Shown: in pieces, positions 1 to 8,293 of the stretch
Numbering within the stretch: position 1 is the first letter of the stretch
Layout: each line of letters starts with the position of its first letter
Assembly: GCA_013289955.1 (NCBI GenBank)
Contig: JABCYZ010000019.1
Span: forward strand, 28,090-92,089
DNA length: 64,000 bases
Direction: 5' to 3'
Source of the DNA: Acidobacteriota bacterium
Lineage (GTDB): Bacteria; Acidobacteriota; Terriglobia; Acidiferrales; UBA7541
Made by a program: the position numbers and the translations under genes
Notes under the pieces: model-generated
The model's input: the letters and a program-made list of their open reading frames with translations, nothing else
Databases searched by the model: none
Told to the model about the DNA's origin: nothing

Positions 1-213
1 CTTCCATTTCGGATCAGAGTCCGGAAAATGTGTGCCGATGTCTCCAAGGCCAGCCGCGCCGAGGAGTGCGTCGCAGAGCGCATGCGCAAGTACATCGCCG
101 TCGGAATGCCCTACGGAGCCTTTCTCAAACGGGAGCTCGATCCCGCCGACAATGAGCTTCTGACCTTCCGCGAGACGATGAAGATCGTACCCAATCCCGC
201 ACCGCACGCTCAT
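1..213 (-). CDS. ispF: 2-C-methyl-D-erythritol 2,4-cyclodiphosphate synthase, 5' part (runs off window)
   Basis: Manual translation from ATG at 213: [71 protein letters not shown]. IspF motifs GxDxH, HSDGD and GDIG. ATGA overlap with the ispD stop. Absent from the ORF track. Confidence 0.97.
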   Translation of the reverse strand, partial: MSVRCGIGYDLHRLAEGQKLIVGGIELPFEKGSVGHSDGDVLAHALCDALLGAAGLGDIGTHFPDSDPKWK

Positions 214-926
214 GCTTTGTGACGCTCTTGTTCAAGGTAGAAGCGCGCAAGGTCCATATCGGCGGGCCTCGTGATTTTGATGTTACGCTCCGAGCCGAGC
301 ACAACGTGCACGTCGTGCCCGATGCGCTCGACGAGCCCAGCCTCATCCGAAGCGTTGACGCCATCGGCTTGCGCGCGCGCGAACGCTTCCTTGATCAGTT
401 TCATCGAGAACGCCTGCGGCGTCTGCGCCAGCACCACACGCTCGCGCGGAATCGTCCCGATAATCAGAGCGACATCTTCCGGCAAGCTGGCGCGCTTCAC
501 TTCCTTGACCGTATCCATCGCGGGAATGCCAAGAATCGCTGCCTGGCAACGCCGTGCTTCTTCGATCACGCGGGCGATCTGCTCGCGAGTAACGAAAGGC
601 CGTACGGCGTCGTGCACCAGCACAATTTCCGTATCACTAGAAACTTCCTTCAGCGCCAGCGCCACCGAATCCTGCCGCGAATCGCCGCCCCGCACCACCC
701 GGACCGTCTGCATAAATCGTTCGCCGCGGATGCGCTCTTCAAGCGACTCGACCACGTCCGCGCGCGTCGCTACAATAATATCGGTGACCAGGGGACAAGA
801 GGCGATCCTCCGGACGCTATGAATGACGAGCGGCGTCCCCTCCAACTCGAGAAACTGCTTGGGGGTTTCGGCGCCCATGCGCGTGCCGAGACCTGCGGCT
901 GGAAGAATGGCAGCTATGCGGCTCAT
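210..926 (-). CDS. ispD: 2-C-methyl-D-erythritol 4-phosphate cytidylyltransferase
   Basis: [31 protein letters not shown] and NIKITRP motifs. Likely start ATG 926 (ORF track extends to 989). Confidence 0.97.
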   Translation of the reverse strand: MSRIAAILPAAGLGTRMGAETPKQFLELEGTPLVIHSVRRIASCPLVTDIIVATRADVVESLEERIRGERFMQTVRVVRGGDSRQDSVALALKEVSSDTEIVLVHDAVRPFVTREQIARVIEEARRCQAAILGIPAMDTVKEVKRASLPEDVALIIGTIPRERVVLAQTPQAFSMKLIKEAFARAQADGVNASDEAGLVERIGHDVHVVLGSERNIKITRPADMDLARFYLEQERHKA

Positions 927-1064
927 TTTAGACGCGGCCCAGCCAGAGGCGAAAAACGCTGAGGCCGCAAACTCCAGAGTGTACCTCAAGCGGGGGCGTC
1001 AGGCGAATCGCGGAGCGCGGATTATTCGACCCTTTCCTTCGACACAATGCTGGATGAGAGGGCT

Positions 1065-2351
1065 CTAATCGGTGTCCGGCTCCGGGAAGATGGGTCTCTG
1101 CCCGCGTTCGAGGTCGGGCGACCCCGGCAGACGAGAAGCGCTCTCGGCGCCGCCAGATAAACCGACGCGGCTCCCCGAAACGCTTTCGCCACGGCTGGCC
1201 CCAGCCGCGGCAGCGGCAGCCTGGCGCGGCGCGCCAGCGGATGGTTCAGCCCGGTCGTACAGCCGGCCAAAAATCATCTTCCCGGCCGGCGTCTGATGAA
1301 CGGAAGTGACCTGGATATCGACGCTTTTGTTGATCAAGCGCCGCGCGCCATCGACCACCACCATGGTGCCGTCGTCCAGATATGCAACGCCCTGATTAGG
1401 CTCTTTGCCCTCGCGCAAAATCAGCACGCGCATGGGTTCGCCAGGCAACACAACGGGCTTCAATGCATTGGCAAGCTGGTTCACGTTCAAGACCGCCAGC
1501 CCTTGCACCGTGGCGACTTTGTTCAGGTTGAAGTCATTGGTGACGATCTTTGCACCGAGCTGGCGTGCGAGTTCCACCAGCTTGTGATCCACGTCTCCGG
1601 CCGGAAGCAAATCCTGCTCGAGAATGCGCACACCGACGTGCGGCATCTTCTGCATACGCTCTAAGACCTCGAGACCGCGACGGCCGCGCTGCCGTTTCAG
1701 GGAATCCGGAGAATCGGCGATAAGCTGCAATTCGCGCAGCACGAATTGCGGCACGGCTAGCACGCCATCCAGGAAATGGGCTTCAGAAACGTCTGCGATG
1801 CGTCCATCAATCAGGACACTGGTGTCGAGAAGCTTGAGGGGCCCAAGCGGCCGCGGCTCTCCGGAGGGCATTGCGGCTGGAGCGGCCACATTCAGCTTTC
1901 GGCCACTCTGCGAGCCAAGCATCAGCCCCAAATAAACGAAAGCGAAGAGCGCGGCATATTCCAGAAACGCCTTGGTTGGCTCCGGCTGGCTCGTTCGGGA
2001 AATAATGAGCGTTACCAGCAGCGCCGAAAACATGCCCCAGACTGCTCCAAGCCCGCCCCCTAGCAAGCCGCCGATTCCGGCGCGGCTCAGCCGCAATTCG
2101 GCCAGCAGGATCACCAGCGCCAGAAGAAAGCCGACACCCGCGGCAGGTGCGCCGCGCAAACCGAAAGGAGTGAGCTTGTAGCAGAGCGTGGTCGCGCCCA
2201 CGATGATAAACAAGCGCACCAGCCAAAGCTCCAAGCCCTTGCCTTGCGGGAAGGTGGACGGCTTTTTTTCTCGCTCTTCGGGGACAGGTTTTAAGGAGGG
2301 CGAAGAACCAGTGTTCGAAAAACGCTGCACTTCAGGAACGGAACGGCTCAT
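1065..2351 (-). CDS. Membrane-anchored PIN/TRAM domain protein (YacL-like)
   Basis: Four N-terminal hydrophobic segments, PIN motifs LLDTSVLIDGRI and VTNDFNLNK, TRAM region GKEPNQGVAYLDDGTMVVVD. Sits upstream of ispD-ispF as yacL does in Bacillus. True start may be TTG near 2234. Confidence 0.9.
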   Translation of the reverse strand: MSRSVPEVQRFSNTGSSPSLKPVPEEREKKPSTFPQGKGLELWLVRLFIIVGATTLCYKLTPFGLRGAPAAGVGFLLALVILLAELRLSRAGIGGLLGGGLGAVWGMFSALLVTLIISRTSQPEPTKAFLEYAALFAFVYLGLMLGSQSGRKLNVAAPAAMPSGEPRPLGPLKLLDTSVLIDGRIADVSEAHFLDGVLAVPQFVLRELQLIADSPDSLKRQRGRRGLEVLERMQKMPHVGVRILEQDLLPAGDVDHKLVELARQLGAKIVTNDFNLNKVATVQGLAVLNVNQLANALKPVVLPGEPMRVLILREGKEPNQGVAYLDDGTMVVVDGARRLINKSVDIQVTSVHQTPAGKMIFGRLYDRAEPSAGAPRQAAAAAAGASRGESVSGSRVGLSGGAESASRLPGSPDLERGQRPIFPEPDTD

Positions 2352-2469
2352 ACGACCTCACAGTAAAACGATCACTGCAAAATCGGCGCCGCATCCCCTC
2401 CGGCGCGTGGCGCACATACCGGTGCGGGACGGGTATGCCACCTCAACCGAAGTTCGCATCCCCGCGGTC

Positions 2470-2498
2470 TGTATACTCCGCCATCATGTGGAAGTCAA
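2470..2498 (-). promoter_or_regulatory. sigma70-type promoter for PIN/TRAM-ispD-ispF
   Basis: Minus strand TTGACT-N17-TATACA in the alr/PIN-TRAM gap. Confidence 0.6.
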
Positions 2499-2539
2499 GG
2501 TGATGTTGAAGGATTCATAAGCGGGATTGGCGGTATCCA

Positions 2540-3769
2540 CTAATGAAAATAGAGACGCGGTACACGCTGGCTCACCGCGCACAGAAGATCGGAGGTCACG
2601 GTCCCAATGCTCCGGGCGATGACGTTCGCCGGGCGGACATGCTCGCCGTCACTGCCATAAATTGTCGCGACATCGCCGAGCTCGGCTCCCGGCACGTCGG
2701 TGACGTCAATCATCGTTACGTCCATGGAAATAATTCCCACGATGGGCGCCAGCGTGCCACGCACGAGAACACTGCCGCGATTCCCGAGCGAACGGTGGAT
2801 ACCGTCCCCGTAGCCGGCCGCAAGAACGGCAATGCGTGAAGGGCGCTTGGCGATGAACGTTTCGTTGTAGCCGACGCCCGCGCCTTCCGGAATGTTGCGA
2901 ATGTTGATGATGCGTGCGCGCAGGCTCATCACTGTCTTGAGCGGCAGCTTGGTTTCGATTTGTGGACGCAGCTCGACGGGATCGTAGCCAGGATGGTAGC
3001 CGTACAAAATCGCGCCAGGACGAACCATGTCGGCCCAAGTCTCTTGGCGCGTCGCAATGGCCGCGCTGTTTGCAAGGTGCACGATGCCGGGACTAATTCC
3101 GAGCGCCCGAAGACGGTCGAGCGCTTCGTAGAAACGCACTTCCTGCTGCCGCGTCTGCTGTCCGACACGCGTGTCGGCAAGGACCTCGGATGAAGCAAAA
3201 TGCGTGAACACGCCGCCTAATTCGAGATGCTGGCATTTGTCCAGCTGGCGTGCAAAACATTCCATGTCACTCGGCGCGATGCCCAGGCGATTCATGCCCG
3301 TGTCCATCTTCAGATGGAAGGAAACGCGCTTGCTGCCCTTCCGGGCGCCTTTCTTGGCAAGGACGCGAGCAGCGGCGCGATCAAGTAGCTTGAGCTGCTC
3401 GCAACGATGGATCACGGCCGTCAGATCGTATTCGAGAAGGCGCGACTCTTCGCCAGGCCAGAAACTTGTCAGCACAAGCACGGGCTTCCGGACACCGGCT
3501 TCGCGCACGGCGATGCCTTCTTCCGTGCAGGTGACGCCGAACCAGTCCGAGCCGGCTTTTTCGAGTGCCTCGGCCACTTGCGGGCCGCCATGGCCGTAGC
3601 CGTTGCCTTTGACGATGCAGAGGATTTTGCGGAGCGTCCTGCGCTTCTCTTCTGGAGGATTCACGAACTTGCGAATCGCGCGAAAATTTTCGGCCAGCGC
3701 GCTGAGGTCAACTTCCGCCCATACCGGACGCCTTGCTTCTTTCAGGAGACTTTTCTGTTTGCTCGACAT
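2540..3769 (-). CDS. alr: Alanine racemase
   Basis: PLP-Lys motif VKGNGYGHG, HLKMDTGMNRLG, HLANSAA, VRPG, GVGY and GIISMD. Confidence 0.96.
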   Translation of the reverse strand: MSSKQKSLLKEARRPVWAEVDLSALAENFRAIRKFVNPPEEKRRTLRKILCIVKGNGYGHGGPQVAEALEKAGSDWFGVTCTEEGIAVREAGVRKPVLVLTSFWPGEESRLLEYDLTAVIHRCEQLKLLDRAAARVLAKKGARKGSKRVSFHLKMDTGMNRLGIAPSDMECFARQLDKCQHLELGGVFTHFASSEVLADTRVGQQTRQQEVRFYEALDRLRALGISPGIVHLANSAAIATRQETWADMVRPGAILYGYHPGYDPVELRPQIETKLPLKTVMSLRARIINIRNIPEGAGVGYNETFIAKRPSRIAVLAAGYGDGIHRSLGNRGSVLVRGTLAPIVGIISMDVTMIDVTDVPGAELGDVATIYGSDGEHVRPANVIARSIGTVTSDLLCAVSQRVPRLYFH

Positions 3770-3939
3770 GGCCCTTCCGAAAAAATTAGTTTACGCCATC
3801 CGGCGGCTCTGAGCCGACGGCCACATTGGATGCCGCCAGAAAGACAACCCCCTTAGAGTGCACGCGGGGGACCTGCGGAACACGGGGAATGAGTTGTCAG
3901 AGGCCGCCGCTGTTTTCTTGTAAACCTTGCTGTGAAAGG

Positions 3940-4101
3940 ACTTACAGCGCCTGTAAGTATTTTAGAATCAACATCTGCAAAGACAGCTCCTAAAAAGCGG
4001 ATTCTAAAAGATTTAACCTCACCACGGCCTCGAGCAAATCCTGACGAAGGCGAGGCCATTCGGGAACGGCACTGTGTAAGATTGCGTGGGGATTCTTACA
4101 C
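3940..4101. repeat. Cluster of short inverted repeats in the alr-fic gap
   Basis: ACTTACAG-cgc-CTGTAAGT (3940-3958); TTTTAGAATC (3960-3969) / GATTCTAAAA (4000-4009); GGCCTCG..CGAGGCC (4026-4057); GTGTAAGA-N12-TCTTACAC (4074-4101). Confidence 0.7.
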
Positions 4102-4425
4102 GGAGATCGGATCAGGGCGGGAAATGGTTTGGGGCTTCAAATAGCAGAACGTCGGCGGCATGGGATTCAAGCCATCGTAAGCAAGGGTGATGGACTGCGA
4201 GTTCTTGAGTTCGGTGAAGGTCCTATCGAAGCGAAAACGGTCGGCGTGCTGTAGCTTTTGGAGGCCGTCACGTTGGCCCGATGGGCGACACTCTCAGCAA
4301 CGGAGTGCTCAAAACCAATTCGACGACTCTCTCGGCATCGGGTAGGAAAGAGCAGCCTCCAGGCCGATTTCCGGGGTCCGCGAGGCTCTGTAAGCTGCTG
4401 TATTTTTGTGACTTATCTCAGAAAG

Positions 4426-4497
4426 AGCATGATATGCTTGTATTCGTACGGCATTATTAGCTTGTAATAGCACGGCACAATATGCTTGTGACGGCCC
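4426..4497 (+). repeat. Three degenerate 24-bp tandem repeats upstream of the fic gene (candidate operator)
   Basis: agcatgatatGCTTGTattcgtac / ggcattattaGCTTGTaatagcac / ggcacaatatGCTTGTgacggccc. GCTTGT starts at 4436, 4460 and 4484. Adjacent units match at 17/24 and 16/24. Confidence 0.75.
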
Positions 4498-4515
4498 GGA
4501 GCACGGTGAGAGTTT

Positions 4516-6054
4516 ATGGCGGCACCGAACGAAAAACTGGCTGAATCTCTCGCTGAACTCAAAGAGCTTCAGGCGGGCGGGAGACGTGTGTTCCGCTCCG
4601 GGGACTTAAGCCGCGTTCACCGCGAGCGCCTCGTGGCAAACGGCTTTCTCCTGGAAGTGATGAAAGGGTGGCTCATTTCATCGAGCCCCGGCGCGCGCGC
4701 GGCCGACAGCACTCCGTGGTATGCGTCATTCTGGGAATTCTGCGCACGCTATTGTGACCAGCGGTTCGGCGACCAGTGGCATCTTTCCGCGGAGCAGTCG
4801 CTTTGGCTGCATGGCGAGAAAACCGTTATCCCGGAGCAGGTGGTGGCGAACAGCCCGAAGGGCACGAACCACACGATCAACCTCCTCTTCGGCACGTCTC
4901 TCTACGACCTGAAGGTGCCTGACATGCCGCCGGCGCCGAATCTCGTGATGAGAGACGGCCTGCGCCTGCTCTCGCCGGCGGCGGCGCTCGTGGGAGTGGG
5001 GGAGACTTTTTTTGCGCGGAATCCTGTGGAATCACAGGTAGTGCTGGCGAGCCTCGCCGACGCGTGGGACCTGCTTCGGCTGCTGCTCGACGGCGGCAAT
5101 TCGACAAAGGCGGGTTATCTTGCCGGCGCGTTCCGGCGCATCGGGGGCGCGGGACTGGCGGACGAGATTGTCCGCTCGATGAAGCGCGCCGGATACGATG
5201 TACGTGAAAGCGATCCGTTCGAAACCGGTCAGACAATTGGCAGGCCCAGGCCGGGGGCCGCGCCGATCGTAGGCCGCCTGGAGATGATGTGGCACGCGAC
5301 GCGCGACACGATCATCAAGAATTTCCCGAAGGCGCCGGGGGTGCCGAAGGACAGCGGCGCGTATCTGCAGGACGTCGATGAAATCTACCAGAGCGATGCG
5401 TACCACTCGCTGTCGATCGAAGGCTACTCAGTGACGCCGGATCTGATCGAGAAGGCGCGGCAGGGCGAGTGGAACCCGGACTGGAATGAAAGGGACCGCA
5501 GAGACCGCGACGCGCTGGCGGCGCGCGGTTACTGGCAGGCATTCAAGGTCGTGAAAGAATCGGTGAGCAAGGTTCTGAGGGGTGAAAATCCCGGCGCGCT
5601 CGCGCGCGCGGAACAGAAGGATTGGTACAGGGAATTGTTCCAGCCCTTTGTGACGGCGGGCTTGCTTCGCGCGGGCGATCTAGCCGGATACCGGAACAAT
5701 GCTGTCTACCTGCGAACGTCACGGTATGCACCGCCGCGGTGGGAGGCGGTGCGCGACGCCATGCCGGCGTTCTTCGATCTCCTCGAAAAAGAAACCGAGC
5801 CGTCAGTGCGTGCGGTGCTCGGGCACTGGCTATTCGGCTACATTCATCCGTATCCGGACGGAAACGGCCGCATGGCCCGCTTCCTGATGAACGTGATGCT
5901 GGCGGCGGGCGGCTATCCGTGGACGGTCATTCGCGTGCGGGACCGCAACGCATACTTGAGCGCGCTCGATCGCGCCAGCATAGATATGGACATCAAGCCG
6001 TTCACGACGCTCACGGCGCAGCGCGTGCGCTGGGCCCTAGAGAAGCACGCCTGA
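4516..6054 (+). CDS. Fic family protein with a long N-terminal (AbiEi-like) region
   Basis: Canonical Fic motif HPYPDGNGRMAR. Inhibitory (S/T)xxxE(G/N) motif SLSIEG N-terminal to the Fic core (class II). Confidence 0.92.
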   Translation: MAAPNEKLAESLAELKELQAGGRRVFRSGDLSRVHRERLVANGFLLEVMKGWLISSSPGARAADSTPWYASFWEFCARYCDQRFGDQWHLSAEQSLWLHGEKTVIPEQVVANSPKGTNHTINLLFGTSLYDLKVPDMPPAPNLVMRDGLRLLSPAAALVGVGETFFARNPVESQVVLASLADAWDLLRLLLDGGNSTKAGYLAGAFRRIGGAGLADEIVRSMKRAGYDVRESDPFETGQTIGRPRPGAAPIVGRLEMMWHATRDTIIKNFPKAPGVPKDSGAYLQDVDEIYQSDAYHSLSIEGYSVTPDLIEKARQGEWNPDWNERDRRDRDALAARGYWQAFKVVKESVSKVLRGENPGALARAEQKDWYRELFQPFVTAGLLRAGDLAGYRNNAVYLRTSRYAPPRWEAVRDAMPAFFDLLEKETEPSVRAVLGHWLFGYIHPYPDGNGRMARFLMNVMLAAGGYPWTVIRVRDRNAYLSALDRASIDMDIKPFTTLTAQRVRWALEKHA

Positions 6055-6222
6055 ACTCGGGCGAGCTGAGGAAGCGAAAGGGCTCAAGGGAGGAGCGAGC
6101 CGAACGCGGTCCATACTTATCAAGGGCTTAGGAACGAGGAGCGCAATCACCCGTCTCCGGGCCGCCGCTACAGATTCACCGGAACAAAATGAAATAACCA
6201 GAATCGTGCTGCGTGGTATCTA

Positions 6223-8058
6223 ATGGTCGGTCGTAAGAGCGGGGTTGCTCGCTCCCTTGGGAGGACTTCGATGGGATGGTTCGGCAGGTATCGGGCGCTT
6301 CTGTCTTTTGTTGGCGCGATTGGGGCGGTGTGCATATTCGGATCGCTCGTGTCGGTAGGAAGTCAGCCCAAGGCCGTCATGGCGGCGGGTGAGGCTTGTG
6401 CGAACGATGACAGCGGGTTGAAGTTGCCGGCGGGTTTTTGCGCCTCCGTATTTGCGGACGGAATCGGGCATGCGCGGCACATGGCGGCGTCAGCGAACGG
6501 AGTTTTGTATGTGAACACCTGGTCGGGACGATATTACGGCGACGACACGCCTCATGCCGGTGGGTTCCTGGTGGCGCTGCAGGACAAAGCGGGCGCGGGC
6601 AAGGCGGATGTCAACGAGCGGTTTGGCGAGACGGTCGAGAGCGGCGGGCACGGCGGGACGGGAATCGGTCTCTACAAGGATTTTGTTTATGTGGAGAGCA
6701 ACGATCGGATCGTGCGGTACGCGTTGCAGGGTGGAGCGGTTGTGCCGGGTGGAGCGGCGGAGACGATTGTTTCGGGATTGCCGCTGACCGGCGACCACCC
6801 GATGCACCCTTTTATTATTGATGCGCGCGGAGCGATGTATGTGGACGTGGCCAGCGCGACGAATTCCTGCCAGGGGAAGAATCGCACGCTGAAATCGCCG
6901 GGAATCGATCCGTGCACGGAATTGGAGACGCGCGGCGGAACCTGGAAGTATGACGCGAACAAAACGGGTCAGACATTTTCTCCGGCGGAACGATACGCGA
7001 CGGGAATTCGCAATGGGGAAGGGTTTGCCTTCGACGCCTCGGGCCGGCTGTTTGTGACGCAGCATGGGCGCGATCAACTCCATACGAACTGGCCCGAGTC
7101 TTACAAGCCGGACCAGGAGGCGACGCTGCCAGCGGAAGAGGTGGTGTTGCTGAAAGAGGGCGGAGACTACGGATGGCCGGAGTGTTACTACGATTCGTTT
7201 CTGAAGAGGCTGGTGCTTGCGCCGGAGTATGGCGGCGACGGAAAGAAGACTGGAGTTTGCGCAAAGAAGATCGAACCGGCGGCGGCGTTCCCGGCGCATT
7301 GGGCGCCAAACGGGATGGCGCATTACGACAAGGATCAATTTCCGGCGCGCTACCGCAATGGATTGTTTATCGCCTTCCATGGATCGTGGAACCGGGCACC
7401 GTATCCGCAGCAGGGATACAACGTGGTGTTTCAGCCGATGGCGGGAGAGCACGCTTCGGGACGGTGCGAGGTATTTGCGGAGGGATTCGCAGGAGCAGTG
7501 AAGTCGCCGGATGGAGCCGAGCATCGACCGAGCGGGTTGGCGGTGGGACCGGACGGGGCGCTCTATGTTTCTGATGATGTGCGAGGGCGGATTTACCGGA
7601 TTGTGTATCGCGGCGGGGCGTTCGATGAGAAGTCGGTGACCGCGTGCCCGAGCCCGACGGCGGGGCCGGGGGCAGTGGCTCAGGAGGCGGCCAAGCCGCC
7701 GGAAGGGACGCATCCGGATGCGGGCGCCGCCGCAAATCGAAAGCTTGCTGTGCCGCAAGGCGCGACCCGGGAAATGGTCGCGCTAGGGGAACGGGTTTAC
7801 CACGGACAGGCGGGCGGAGCGGCGTGCATGGGGTGCCACGGCGCGAGCGGGCAGGGGACGACGCTCGGGCCGCCGCTGCTCGGCAAGAAATGGTTGTGGA
7901 GCGATGGGAGTTTTGAAGGGATTACGAAGACGATTAACGACGGAGTGGCGCAGCCAAAGGAGTACCGGAGCCCGATGCCGGCGAAGGGCGGGGCGGAGCT
8001 TACCGACGAGCAGGTGAAGGCGGTGGGGGCCTACGTGTGGAGCCTGAGCCACCAGTAG
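6223..8058 (+). CDS. Glucose/sorbosone (PQQ-type beta-propeller) dehydrogenase fused to a C-terminal c-type cytochrome
   Basis: Signal/anchor segment; ATGIRNGEG, TQHGRD, GGDYGWP, FHGSWNR and RPSGLAVGPDGALYVSDD; C-terminal CMGCH with downstream MP axial ligand. Start may be ATG near 6271. Confidence 0.85.
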   Translation: MVGRKSGVARSLGRTSMGWFGRYRALLSFVGAIGAVCIFGSLVSVGSQPKAVMAAGEACANDDSGLKLPAGFCASVFADGIGHARHMAASANGVLYVNTWSGRYYGDDTPHAGGFLVALQDKAGAGKADVNERFGETVESGGHGGTGIGLYKDFVYVESNDRIVRYALQGGAVVPGGAAETIVSGLPLTGDHPMHPFIIDARGAMYVDVASATNSCQGKNRTLKSPGIDPCTELETRGGTWKYDANKTGQTFSPAERYATGIRNGEGFAFDASGRLFVTQHGRDQLHTNWPESYKPDQEATLPAEEVVLLKEGGDYGWPECYYDSFLKRLVLAPEYGGDGKKTGVCAKKIEPAAAFPAHWAPNGMAHYDKDQFPARYRNGLFIAFHGSWNRAPYPQQGYNVVFQPMAGEHASGRCEVFAEGFAGAVKSPDGAEHRPSGLAVGPDGALYVSDDVRGRIYRIVYRGGAFDEKSVTACPSPTAGPGAVAQEAAKPPEGTHPDAGAAANRKLAVPQGATREMVALGERVYHGQAGGAACMGCHGASGQGTTLGPPLLGKKWLWSDGSFEGITKTINDGVAQPKEYRSPMPAKGGAELTDEQVKAVGAYVWSLSHQ

Positions 8059-8130
8059 CCTTGGTGGTTTCACGCGGTCTCAGCCGGGAATAGTCAAAAC
8101 CCGCACGCCCTGGAAAAAACGCGCGACTGT

Positions 8131-8158
8131 CCCCGGCAAGCCCTTGAGCTTGCCGAGG
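8131..8158. terminator. GC-rich hairpin between convergent dehydrogenase and dnaB
   Basis: CCCGGCAAGC-ccttga-GCTTGCCGAGG. An A6 tract (T tract on minus) lies about 12 nt away. Confidence 0.5.
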
Positions 8159-8293
8159 AGTGCGAACACAACTTCTTCTCCTCGATTTCCCGAGGATCGA
8201 GTGCAGCTCTTCCCTATTCGGTTCCCGCCCGAATATCTCGGGCTAAGCGACGAGTAGCGGAAAGCGCGGCAAGCAAACTCCCTTCAAAAATGA

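Noticed and set aside
3932-4467. Short ORFs (3932-4144, 4258-4467) in the alr-fic gap
   Set aside because: No SD or motifs, atypical composition, and they overlap the repeat and palindrome elements.
4426-4497. 24-bp periodic repeat as a mini-CRISPR
   Set aside because: Units are contiguous and degenerate with no unique spacers, and there are no cas genes.
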